Virus record (IMG/VR): IMGVR_UViG_3300018065_000012
Reading direction: 5' to 3' (one strand)
Origin: a virus
Taxonomy: Duplodnaviria > Heunggongvirae > Uroviricota > Caudoviricetes
DNA length: 64,000 nucleotides
The translations under genes and the position numbers were made by a program. Shown here one piece after another: positions 26,010-34,783 of the stretch; positions within the stretch are counted from its first letter, which is position 1, and each line of letters starts with the position of its first letter. The notes below the pieces were generated by a model that ran no database searches, was not told the DNA's origin, and saw only the letters and a list, made by a program, of their open reading frames with translations.

Positions 26010-26441
26010 ATGGATTTGAAAGAAAGGGCGGAAGAGAATTGGCATAAGATTCACGACAGTAGAAGGACGTCTGACGGCCCGAGAGAAATGACGTATGACG
26101 AAGTGTTTGAACATTTCATGAAGCACGTTTGGAATATGATCGACTATTGGGCCAAAGTAGAAAAAGACAGCACCCGTGAAAGGCTTGCCGGTTTTGCTCA
26201 TTCTATGCTTGCAATGCTGGATGGGAGTTCCGTTATGCTTCCGCGTTTCATTGTCGCGCCGGACCCTTGTGCTCCAGAAGATAGGGAATTTTGCAGGGAT
26301 GAAGAAAAATGTAATTGGTATCCTGAGAACAAGAATTGCAACGTGAAATGCGATTTGTCTGGCGGATTACATGAGTTGCTACACCAGCATGACCCGAGAA
26401 GAAAAAAGGAAGACGATGAAGAAAGCGCATCCGAGAGCTAA
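26010..26441 (+). CDS. hypothetical protein
   Basis: ggggaaggga SD. Confidence 0.55.
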   Translation: MDLKERAEENWHKIHDSRRTSDGPREMTYDEVFEHFMKHVWNMIDYWAKVEKDSTRERLAGFAHSMLAMLDGSSVMLPRFIVAPDPCAPEDREFCRDEEKCNWYPENKNCNVKCDLSGGLHELLHQHDPRRKKEDDEESASES

Positions 26442-26868
26442 AAAACAGCCCAAAATGAGGCACTCCGAGGACATAAGGTGGAATAACCTTCGAAGTTGCG
26501 AAAGACTGCTCGGAAAGCCCATAGATTCGTATTTTGGGATTGGCCGCTTTGTCAAAATGGGCGACGGATTTTACGGAATCCGAATGCGCATGTACTGTTG
26601 GTACAGATACGATAAAACAGAGAAAAAGAAATGTAACCGTTGGCAGGTTGCGTATTTACGCAGAGGAGCTGCTGGTCCAGATCACTGTGTTTACAATTAC
26701 AAAGGAAAATTCGTCGGCGATTTGCGAGATCAGGTTTACGTTTGTCCAGATCATAAACGTAGGCACGATGGCGTTTTAGCAAAGATTACTCGTAACAGTA
26801 AGAAGAGAGAAGCAGAAGTTGCAAAGGAAGAAGGCAAAAGGAAAAAGAATGCAAGTAAAAAATCTTAG
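26416..26868 (+). CDS. hypothetical basic Cys-containing protein (start uncertain)
   Basis: ORF 26371..26868 trimmed. Confidence 0.45.
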   Translation: MKKAHPRAKKQPKMRHSEDIRWNNLRSCERLLGKPIDSYFGIGRFVKMGDGFYGIRMRMYCWYRYDKTEKKKCNRWQVAYLRRGAAGPDHCVYNYKGKFVGDLRDQVYVCPDHKRRHDGVLAKITRNSKKREAEVAKEEGKRKKNASKKS

Positions 26869-26904
26869 ATGGGGTGTAGCACGAATTTTGAAAAGGGTTT
26901 AAGA

Positions 26905-27479
26905 ATGAATGCAAAGGAGAATACGGGTGTTCGCAGAGCTACGGAAGTGTGGCTTACTGCGGACACCCACTGAATTTTGGGCACGATAATATCCGAAAAT
27001 ATTGCAACCGTCCTTTTGCGTCGGCGAAAGAAATGGACGAGGCGATTATTGAGAATTGGAACAAAGTCGTCAAAGCGGGAGATATTGTTTGGCACTTGGG
27101 AGATTTTTGTTGGGGCAGATACCCTGCCGATGTTGAGCGTTACCTCAAGCGTTTGAACGGAAATGTTTGTTTGATCTACGGGAACCATGATCGCCAAGCA
27201 GTCAGACGCGCAAATGGATTTTCAGAAAAGCGTGATTTGAGGCGTATCAAGATCAATGATCAAGAAATCATTCTATGTCACTATGCTATGCGGGTTTGGG
27301 ACAAATCTCATTTTGGCTCTTGGCATTGTTACGGACACACTCACGGCACTTTGGAGGAGCCAAAGGATTCACTTTCGTGCGATGTAGGTGTAGATGCTTG
27401 GGATTTCACTCCGGTCTCGTTTGATCAAATCAAAGCTCATCTGTCCACGCGAGAATTCACGCCAATTAACAAACGCTAA
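26905..27479 (+). pseudogene. metallophosphoesterase disrupted by a frameshift: motif I (VWLTADTH) is in one frame ending in TGA at 26971; the rest (FGHDNIRKYCNRPF...GDF...GNHD) continues in the -1 frame
   Basis: Frame A 26905..26973, frame B from GTG 26949; ~5-nt insertion relative to the expected DTHFGH. Confidence 0.5.
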
Positions 27480-27507
27480 ATTTTTTTCTTGATTTTCTTC
27501 CCGAAAA

Positions 27508-27530
27508 CCATATAATAATTTTATATTTGC
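27508..27530 (+). promoter_or_regulatory. AT-rich element CCATATAATAATTTTATATTT (late-motif family member)
   Basis: Shares TTTTATATTT core with 39071, 49135, 55766, 59586, 62758. Confidence 0.4.
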
Positions 27531-27568
27531 GTATTGTTGAGACAAGTATCTCTCTCGACAGAGGAAAT

Positions 27569-28327
27569 ATGAAAACGAAAGTATCGTTGGATACGCTTCA
27601 GGCGTTGTCCTACAATCCACGCCTAATCACCGATATAGAATTGGAACGTCTGAAGGCGTCGATAAAAGAACATACCAAGGCTATTCCCAAGAAGACAAGA
27701 GGCGAAGGTTACCGGCTGACTACCACTGTTACGGTCAACGTCAATGGGAATCGTATTGTTGGCGGACACCAACGAATAAAAGCGTTGAAGTCGTTAGGAC
27801 AGGATTGGATTCACGTCAAAGATATAACTTGGGTAGACGTTAAACCGGATAGCTCTAAAGAAAAGTCTTTGAACATAACGCTCAATAGTGAACGCTATGG
27901 AGGTTTTTGGAATCAGCCAAAGCTTGATGAACTTTTGCGGGGAATCAAAATTGACGATGAAGCGTTATATGAGAAACTTGATTTGCCGTATATTGAACTT
28001 GAAAAAGTAAACGTAGATGTAGCAGAAATGTTGCCGCAGAAGGAACCCGAGAAATCTGGAAAGGACGAGCCAGAGGGGAAACCAGAATTCAACTTAGAAC
28101 CCATTTTTGAAGATGGTCCTGCTTTGGAAGAGCCATTGGAAGAGACAGATGGTAAAGCCGTTGTTCCGTCGGATATGCCGCAACTTTACCCTCTGTCGTA
28201 TGCGGTGACGGCAGAACAACGGCAAAAAATTTTAGCCGCCATCAAAAAGGCGAAAGAAACATATAGTGCGAAAACGAGTGCTGATGCGCTCACGATTGTT
28301 TGCGAACGCTTTAACGATGCGCCTTAA
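27569..28327 (+). CDS. ParB/Srx-like N-terminal domain protein (GGHQR motif), paralog 1
   Basis: VNVNGNRIVGGHQRIKALKSLGQDWIHV; acidic C-terminus. Confidence 0.5.
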   Translation: MKTKVSLDTLQALSYNPRLITDIELERLKASIKEHTKAIPKKTRGEGYRLTTTVTVNVNGNRIVGGHQRIKALKSLGQDWIHVKDITWVDVKPDSSKEKSLNITLNSERYGGFWNQPKLDELLRGIKIDDEALYEKLDLPYIELEKVNVDVAEMLPQKEPEKSGKDEPEGKPEFNLEPIFEDGPALEEPLEETDGKAVVPSDMPQLYPLSYAVTAEQRQKILAAIKKAKETYSAKTSADALTIVCERFNDAP

Positions 28328-28338
28328 CGGAGGAAATT

Positions 28339-29031
28339 ATGAGCACAAAAAAGATTGGCTTGACATCACTCAACGTTGTTGATTACAACCCAAGGATAAT
28401 TGGGAGTGAAGAACTGGAAAACTTAAAAGCTTCAATCAAGGAACACACTGATACCATTCCAGAAGATGAACGTGGTGAGGGCTTTCGATTGACGTCAACG
28501 ATCACCGTGAACAGACAAGGGAATCGTATTATTGGCGGGCACCAACGCATAAAGGCTCTTAAAAATTTGGGTCAGGACTGGATTCATCCTGACGACATCA
28601 CATGGGTTGAGGTTGAACCAAACTCGGCTAAAGAAAAAGCTTTGAACGTAAGCTTAAACAACGACAAAGCCGCTGGGTCGTGGGATAGAACAAAGCTTGA
28701 TGCTATATTGAAGTCTATCAAAGTTGATATGCCGGTCATTTCTGAAAATCTCGGGTTTGACGAAATCCAATTGGAAATGCCTCAAATTGATTCGGGCGAA
28801 ATATCTCAAATTCCAACTACAGAATTGTCAGGAGACTCTTCTGGATCGTCCGACGATGAAAAAGTACAAGGCCCACCTAAACTTGATATTCAAGGCGTTG
28901 ACGACAGAGCAGGACGTTTTTTGCTTACCTACACAACTGATGAAGAGAAAAGCTTTTGGATGAAGCGGTTGGGTATCAAAGGCGATAAGGTCGTCTATGT
29001 TCCTTCAGATGTTGACGAAGTTAACAGGTGA
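28339..29031 (+). CDS. ParB/Srx-like N-terminal domain protein, paralog 2
   Basis: VNRQGNRIIGGHQRIKALKNLGQDWIHP ~60% identical to paralog 1. Confidence 0.5.
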   Translation: MSTKKIGLTSLNVVDYNPRIIGSEELENLKASIKEHTDTIPEDERGEGFRLTSTITVNRQGNRIIGGHQRIKALKNLGQDWIHPDDITWVEVEPNSAKEKALNVSLNNDKAAGSWDRTKLDAILKSIKVDMPVISENLGFDEIQLEMPQIDSGEISQIPTTELSGDSSGSSDDEKVQGPPKLDIQGVDDRAGRFLLTYTTDEEKSFWMKRLGIKGDKVVYVPSDVDEVNR

Positions 29032-29034
29032 TCC

Positions 29035-29805
29035 ATGTATGAAACAAAAAGCGGGAAGAAAGTTTCTATTGTAATCCCATCTAAAGAACGAGCGGAAGCT
29101 GGGACAACTTGGAATTTGTTCCCAGACGCAACGGTATTTGTTCATGAACGCGAATTGGAGGAATACAAAAAGCATTTACCAAATGCAAAAATTGAGACTC
29201 ATACTGAAGATGGCGGGCTTACGCCAATCAGAAATATTATCATGCGAAAGATAAGTATGGGTGATTGGGTAATCCAACTTGATGACGATATAAAGGTCGT
29301 TGGATATTTTACAGCAGATGGTGACAAAAAGAAAAAGGTCAAATGGTCGTCAAAGCAACACATGAACGAATGGTTTAACGCTATTGATCTTGCAGAGAAA
29401 AGTGGATTTTATCTCATTGGAGAATCTCCAACGGCCAATGAATTTTACTATCGTCCAGAGCGTCCGCATTCGATTAACACGTTTGTTGAAGGTCATTGCA
29501 TGATTATCAAGCGTTGCGAATTGATGTTTGATGAAAAATGCAGGGTAAAACAGGATTATGATTATACGCTTCAATGTGCAGTCAGCGGACGTCGGGTTTT
29601 ACGTTTAGATTATCTTTGGTCTGACTACACCTATCGCAAGGCAGCAGGCGGTTGTATGGATACGTGGAAGAAATCCGGATTGGAAGAAGAAGTGTATAAT
29701 TACATGATGAATAAATGGAAAGGTCTTCTTATCCCAAAAAGAAATCGCGCAAGTTCTCCATATGAATTTACGATGAGGGTGCCGAAAGAATGGTCCAACC
29801 AATGA
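29035..29805 (+). CDS. GT-A fold glycosyltransferase-like protein
   Basis: N-terminal KVSIVIPSKERAE and DxD-like QLDDDI. Confidence 0.4.
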   Translation: MYETKSGKKVSIVIPSKERAEAGTTWNLFPDATVFVHERELEEYKKHLPNAKIETHTEDGGLTPIRNIIMRKISMGDWVIQLDDDIKVVGYFTADGDKKKKVKWSSKQHMNEWFNAIDLAEKSGFYLIGESPTANEFYYRPERPHSINTFVEGHCMIIKRCELMFDEKCRVKQDYDYTLQCAVSGRRVLRLDYLWSDYTYRKAAGGCMDTWKKSGLEEEVYNYMMNKWKGLLIPKRNRASSPYEFTMRVPKEWSNQ

Positions 29806-30398
29806 ATTCTGTTTTAGTCATTGCGCCCCATCCTGACGATGCAGAATTAGGTTGCGGGGCAACTATTTCCAAATTAATACGGAATGGCTGTAAGGTATCA
29901 ATATTAACATTGACTGATCGGAGCGAATTTGATATTGAACCAGAAGTTCAAGCGGCTGCAAAAGAACTTGGTTTGGAAGAGAATATAAAGCTTTTGAATT
30001 TTCCTCATCGCGATCTTTGGTCGTCAAGAGCTGGTATCTTGCGCACGTTTGAACGTGCTCGTGATACATTGGATTTAGATGTCGTTTTTACGCCAGCGCC
30101 AGACGACTTACATCAAGACCATCAAGTAAGTTTGGAAGAAGCAAAGCGTGCTTTCAAAGGGACAACGCTTTGGGGTTATGAAATTTTGAGAAGTAATTTC
30201 TCTTTTGCAGCGGATGTGTTTGTTGAGGTAGAGAAGGAAGATGTTGAAAGGAAAGTAAAAGCCATAAAACATTATCATACGCAAGCAAACAAATTGTACT
30301 GTCGCGCAGAAGCGATTTTTGGGCTTGCGCGTGTAAGAGGAGCAATGTGTGGGGCGGTGTTAGCAGAAGGTTTCAAGAATATTTGGCAAGTGCTATAA
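29802..30398 (+). CDS. PIG-L / LmbE family N-acetylglucosaminyl deacetylase
   Basis: VLVIAPHPDDAELGCG (AHPDDE motif). Confidence 0.7.
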   Translation: MNSVLVIAPHPDDAELGCGATISKLIRNGCKVSILTLTDRSEFDIEPEVQAAAKELGLEENIKLLNFPHRDLWSSRAGILRTFERARDTLDLDVVFTPAPDDLHQDHQVSLEEAKRAFKGTTLWGYEILRSNFSFAADVFVEVEKEDVERKVKAIKHYHTQANKLYCRAEAIFGLARVRGAMCGAVLAEGFKNIWQVL

Positions 30399-30407
30399 GG
30401 ACGCGTT

Positions 30408-31658
30408 ATGGATTATTATCAAGCACCAAGGTGGACGTCAGAAATTGCCGATTGCTCGATGCCGATGACGTTTGATCAATATTCAAATTGTTCATATGGC
30501 TGTTTATATTGCTTCAGTACGTTTCAGCGAGCCGTTGGAGACGGGAAAGAAAATTACTTAGCAAAAAGGGTCAAGCCTGTTAAGATTGAAAGCGTAGTTA
30601 AACATTTCTGCGATCCAGAAAAATCTCAATTTGGGCCATTTATTAGAATGGGTAAGACAATGCAATGGGGTTCGTTGTCTGATCCGTTTTGTAATTTTGA
30701 AAAGAAGTATGGCGTTGGATTAGAGTTGTTACGGTTTTTCAAGGCAATAAACTATCCATTGTGCCTTAGCACAAAGGGCGTTTGGTGGCTCGATGATCCT
30801 CGCTATACGGAACTATTCAAAGGTCAAAAGAATTGGAACGTAAAAGTCAGCATCATCATGACAAATGAAGATTTTGTAAAGAAAATTGAGCCGGGAGTTC
30901 CTACGACAAAAGAAAGACTTAAAGCCCTTGAAAAGATTACTGCTTTGAATTGCGGTGGCGCGACTTTGCGATTGCGACCTTTCATTATTGGGATTACGAA
31001 TCACAACAATGGTCATATTGAACTTATCAAAGAATCTGGCAAACGTGGCGCTGGGGCCGTGTCTACAGAATTTTTTTGTTGTGAAAGGCGTTCAATGATT
31101 TTGCGCGAACGTCTAAAAATAATGAGTGAGTGCGCTGGCTTTGATGTTTGGAAATACTATGTAAAGAATTCATACAATCAGGGCTATATGCGTTTGAACA
31201 GAAACACAAAGCGACCTTATGTCGATGAAATGCAAAAGGCGGCACGCGAAGCAGGAATGCGCTTTTATGTAAGTGATGCTCATTTCAAAGAGCGTTGCGA
31301 TAATGGTTCTTGTTGTGGACTGCCTGCTGATTGGCCCGGAAGTTATTCCAAAGGACAATGGTGCGAAGCGTTGATGATTGCAAAGAAACGTGGCTATGTT
31401 ACGTGGGATGATATTGATCCTCACTTGGCTTATGCAGATACGTTCCTTTGGCGTTTGAATATTGGAATGAATCGCGGCTCGGCGGAAAAAGCAGCATCAT
31501 TTGTGAATCATACTTGCAAGGATTATATGCGTTGGTTGTGGAATAATCCAAATGCAGGACAAAGCCCTTACTATATGTACGAAGGAATCTTAAAACCAAG
31601 ACCAGACGCAGATGCGAATGGAAATCTGATCTACGATTACGACTCATCAAAGGCTTGA
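30408..31658 (+). CDS. radical SAM enzyme, SplB / DNA-photolyase-like (COG1533-like)
   Basis: CSYGCLYC = CxxxCxxC; N-terminal context like spore photoproduct lyase family. Confidence 0.6.
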   Translation: MDYYQAPRWTSEIADCSMPMTFDQYSNCSYGCLYCFSTFQRAVGDGKENYLAKRVKPVKIESVVKHFCDPEKSQFGPFIRMGKTMQWGSLSDPFCNFEKKYGVGLELLRFFKAINYPLCLSTKGVWWLDDPRYTELFKGQKNWNVKVSIIMTNEDFVKKIEPGVPTTKERLKALEKITALNCGGATLRLRPFIIGITNHNNGHIELIKESGKRGAGAVSTEFFCCERRSMILRERLKIMSECAGFDVWKYYVKNSYNQGYMRLNRNTKRPYVDEMQKAAREAGMRFYVSDAHFKERCDNGSCCGLPADWPGSYSKGQWCEALMIAKKRGYVTWDDIDPHLAYADTFLWRLNIGMNRGSAEKAASFVNHTCKDYMRWLWNNPNAGQSPYYMYEGILKPRPDADANGNLIYDYDSSKA

Positions 31659-31681
31659 GAGAAACTTTTTTCAAAAAAGTG

Positions 31682-31710
31682 TTGAAAAAATATCTCTGGG
31701 TTGTATAATA
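31682..31710 (+). promoter_or_regulatory. sigma70-like promoter TTGAAA-16nt-TATAAT containing GGTTGTATAATA (site B)
   Basis: Intergenic 31659..31878. Confidence 0.55.
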
Positions 31711-31878
31711 GGACGAGTGGGGCAAGAAAGGAGTCGCCTATGAATTGAAGTGGTGCGTCACTGGCCTTACAGGTGACACGAGTTTTGTTAGCAAACGCAT
31801 TCGTCAATGTTGACAGATACAAAAGCTAACGAATCCGCGACCGATAACAAGGTTGCAAGTGAGCGAAAGGAACAAATC

Positions 31879-32868
31879 ATGTCTGCGAATAAATTTACTG
31901 TTGAAAAACTTGAATCAAAAGTCAACGAAGCAGCTCATATCGTTTTGGGCATTCCCAATTTTATTATCAAAGCCTCAGATGAAGAGCGGAAGAAACTTGC
32001 CGCAAAGCACATCTGGGACAAACTTGGCCTGCTTGGAGTTTACAGGGATGCTGAATCGCATGAGTTGTTAATGGTTGATTGTCCAGAGGGAGAAGCGAGA
32101 CGTGTTTTCTGCGAAACTGGCGGCTCTCCATATCTGCCTGCGGTTCGATTCAGACGTGTCTGGGCTATCCTTACAGAAAGAACCGCGCCCACGACAGACG
32201 TTGCTTATAAGGAATTGAGCAGCGGCTTTGAAAAGTTCAGTCAGGGCTTGAAGGAAACGCTCCGTACGCCGGGACAAATGAAGGACAAGGAACTTGTTGA
32301 AGCTTACGGTCCTGAATGTGAGGTCTCAATCATTGACGAGCTTAAAAGGCGAAGCAATGATCGTCCTTTTGTTGTTTTCAACAACAGAGAAGATGCCGTT
32401 GTGGACGTTGAAACGACGCTCAGAATGTTGCGGGAAGCTCGCCGTGGCCGTACAATGCCTGTCAATTACAAAGTCGCCGACAGTTTGAAGCGGCTTTATC
32501 GTGCTGGCGAATTTCCTGCGATGTTTTATTTTCACTGTCCTTTCCACAAAGATACATTGCTTGTGGATGGATTCTGTGACAAGTCAAAGCAGGTCTGGGA
32601 AGGAATTGATTACGAATGTATGCAGTTTGCCCGCATTGCTCTTGAATTGGAGGAGATCACAAGCAGGACTCCTGATATTCGCCAATTCATTGGTCTTGCT
32701 GTTCAAGGCGGTTTGGAAGGTTTGCGGTTGAACTATCCTCATGTGGCGCTCGTCTTTGATGAGCGGAAGGAAGTTGACTCTCTGCCAAATCTGAAAGTGA
32801 GAATGTCGGATACATCAGGGCGTCAATATGCGGACCCGATGAACCCGAACCAGAAACAGCGTTTCTAA
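31879..32868 (+). CDS. hypothetical 330-aa protein (cluster member)
   Basis: aaggaa SD 6 nt upstream of ATG 31879. Confidence 0.55.
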   Translation: MSANKFTVEKLESKVNEAAHIVLGIPNFIIKASDEERKKLAAKHIWDKLGLLGVYRDAESHELLMVDCPEGEARRVFCETGGSPYLPAVRFRRVWAILTERTAPTTDVAYKELSSGFEKFSQGLKETLRTPGQMKDKELVEAYGPECEVSIIDELKRRSNDRPFVVFNNREDAVVDVETTLRMLREARRGRTMPVNYKVADSLKRLYRAGEFPAMFYFHCPFHKDTLLVDGFCDKSKQVWEGIDYECMQFARIALELEEITSRTPDIRQFIGLAVQGGLEGLRLNYPHVALVFDERKEVDSLPNLKVRMSDTSGRQYADPMNPNQKQRF

Positions 32869-32934
32869 ATCATAAATGTTTGGCCCGTGGGAGGAAACTC
32901 CCACGGGCTGAGCACTTTCTGAAAGGATATAAAA

Positions 32935-34017
32935 ATGGATTACGTAAAAGAACTTGCCAAAGGTGGTTATGTTCATGAAATGGAACATGCCAGCTTCAAG
33001 GCAAGATTGATGAAGGCAGAGCGTCTTGAAGGTGAACAGGTTCACGGTCTCCCTCCCGGTCAACCCATTCCCGTTTTCCCAATTGCCGCATTGCCCGGCG
33101 CACCGGATTCTTGGGTACGCGAAGCAGGGGCGTATGTTTGTCCTATTGATGTCGGATGGGGATTGTGGTTTGATTGGACGATGAATGATGCAATGAACAC
33201 GACAATTGTTCCCAGCGTCAAAGGAATGAATCCTATCACCGGACGCAAGCTTGAAGGTTTGGGGTTGGAGCAGTATGCTGACAAGTGTCCTGTTCATGAC
33301 AAGCCTTTTTCGCATGGCTATTTTTGTGAGGAATGCAACTACTCTTGGCCACCGCAAAATTACGTTTGTCATCCCAATACGCTTTGGTGGGATGGATTCA
33401 GGCAACCGGATGGAACGGTACGGCAATTCTTTTTCACCGATGAAGACAAGCGAGATATTGCCAGTGCGGTAATTGGAAAAGAAAACACCGTACCAGCTTT
33501 TGGTTTTGCATTTTACAAGCCCAAAGTTTCAAGAACGCCACCGCAACGAATCACGCGGGGGTTTAGTGGCTATGGCGGGCAAATGGTTTACACGACAAGC
33601 AACTCGTCGGATCACCAGACGTACGATAGCAGTACAATCTGCCTTTCTGGGGATCAGCTGTCCAAAGGATTGATTGCCCCACAGAGTGTTAACGTTTTTC
33701 ATGTGTCTCAAATTGAAGAGAAGACAAGCGGAAAAGTGAATTGCAATGCTTTGCGGAGTAGTATCAGCGGCCAATCTGAAGCCCCAACGCCAAAGAAAAG
33801 CAAAGACGTCAGTGTTGGCGCAGGAGCGCAGATACGGCAAGATTTATCTCCTGATGATCTCGGGCTTGAAGGATGGCAGGACAAAGCCGGAGGCGTTATC
33901 CGGTTGTACTTCTGCTTTGAAGAGCAATTGAAGGAGATTATCGAAAAGGGTGGCGTCAAGGATTTCATGGTCGCATCGGATAAGGAAGGCTATCTGAAAG
34001 GACTTCCGAAAGGATAG
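32935..34017 (+). CDS. hypothetical 360-aa protein (Cys/His-containing)
   Basis: aaaggatataaaa SD-like. Confidence 0.55.
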   Translation: MDYVKELAKGGYVHEMEHASFKARLMKAERLEGEQVHGLPPGQPIPVFPIAALPGAPDSWVREAGAYVCPIDVGWGLWFDWTMNDAMNTTIVPSVKGMNPITGRKLEGLGLEQYADKCPVHDKPFSHGYFCEECNYSWPPQNYVCHPNTLWWDGFRQPDGTVRQFFFTDEDKRDIASAVIGKENTVPAFGFAFYKPKVSRTPPQRITRGFSGYGGQMVYTTSNSSDHQTYDSSTICLSGDQLSKGLIAPQSVNVFHVSQIEEKTSGKVNCNALRSSISGQSEAPTPKKSKDVSVGAGAQIRQDLSPDDLGLEGWQDKAGGVIRLYFCFEEQLKEIIEKGGVKDFMVASDKEGYLKGLPKG

Positions 34018-34356
34018 GTGAAAAGCATGAATATATTATGTCCAACGTGCCACGGGAAAGGGGCTATCCCCGACCCGAAGAATAATGGGATGGTAATGTG
34101 CTATTGCGGCCCAAACGGGGAAAGGTGTCCAGAGGTCATGTGCCAGACGTGCAGTGGCTCGGGATGGGTCGTAAAAGACGAGCGAGAGCGCCCGACCTGT
34201 CGACACCCGCTACCTCCGCCAAAGTGTCCCAAATGCAGAGATACGGGTCAAATTGCAAAATCAGATTGGAACGGTTGGCGAATGGAAAGATGTGATTGCG
34301 GAGCGGAACCACCGATTTTGCGCTTTTCATGCTCTTCATCGACTTCAGCTTTTTAA
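34018..34356 (+). CDS. DnaJ-type CxxCxGxG zinc-finger repeat protein
   Basis: CPTCHGKG, CQTCSGSG, CPKCRDTG repeats. Confidence 0.55.
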   Translation: MKSMNILCPTCHGKGAIPDPKNNGMVMCYCGPNGERCPEVMCQTCSGSGWVVKDERERPTCRHPLPPPKCPKCRDTGQIAKSDWNGWRMERCDCGAEPPILRFSCSSSTSAF

Positions 34357-34371
34357 GCTGGATTTTTCTAA

Positions 34372-34413
34372 ATATGGGTCGTGTCTAAAAAATGACGCGG
34401 CCCATATTTTTTT
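34372..34413 (+). terminator. rho-independent terminator (12-bp stem with two G-U pairs, 12-nt loop, T7 tract)
   Basis: atatgggtcgtg...cgcggcccatat ttttttt. Confidence 0.65.
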
Positions 34414-34421
34414 GATAAATT

Positions 34422-34442
34422 TTGCTTCTTCGATTGTATAAT
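34422..34442 (+). promoter_or_regulatory. promoter-like motif TTGCTTCTTCGATTGTATAAT (site D)
   Basis: Nearly identical architecture to 16821..16842. Confidence 0.5.
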
Positions 34443-34462
34443 TAGTAAACGCGGAGCATGTT

Positions 34463-34783
34463 ATGAAAAACCCATCGGAAGAAGATTGGTCAGAATTGTA
34501 TGGTCGGAAGTTCGAGCATAACGAAATCCGAGAGGCTTGTGACATCTTCGATCTTCTCCGGTATTTCTGCGAAGACAAACCAGAGATGCTTCCATCGTTC
34601 GTCCGAGAAAACATGAAACTGGGGCATCGTCTTTTCATGGCGATGAACCTCGAACCAGATGACCTTGGGGTTTTGGTCTTGAGAGAAGAGGACGATAGAA
34701 TAGTCCACGTCATCAAAGAACGCTGCGCAGAACTCAACAGACAAAAACAGGGACGCAGCAATATCATATTACCGGGAGAATGA
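34463..34783 (+). CDS. hypothetical protein
   Basis: gcggag SD. Confidence 0.55.
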   Translation: MKNPSEEDWSELYGRKFEHNEIREACDIFDLLRYFCEDKPEMLPSFVRENMKLGHRLFMAMNLEPDDLGVLVLREEDDRIVHVIKERCAELNRQKQGRSNIILPGE

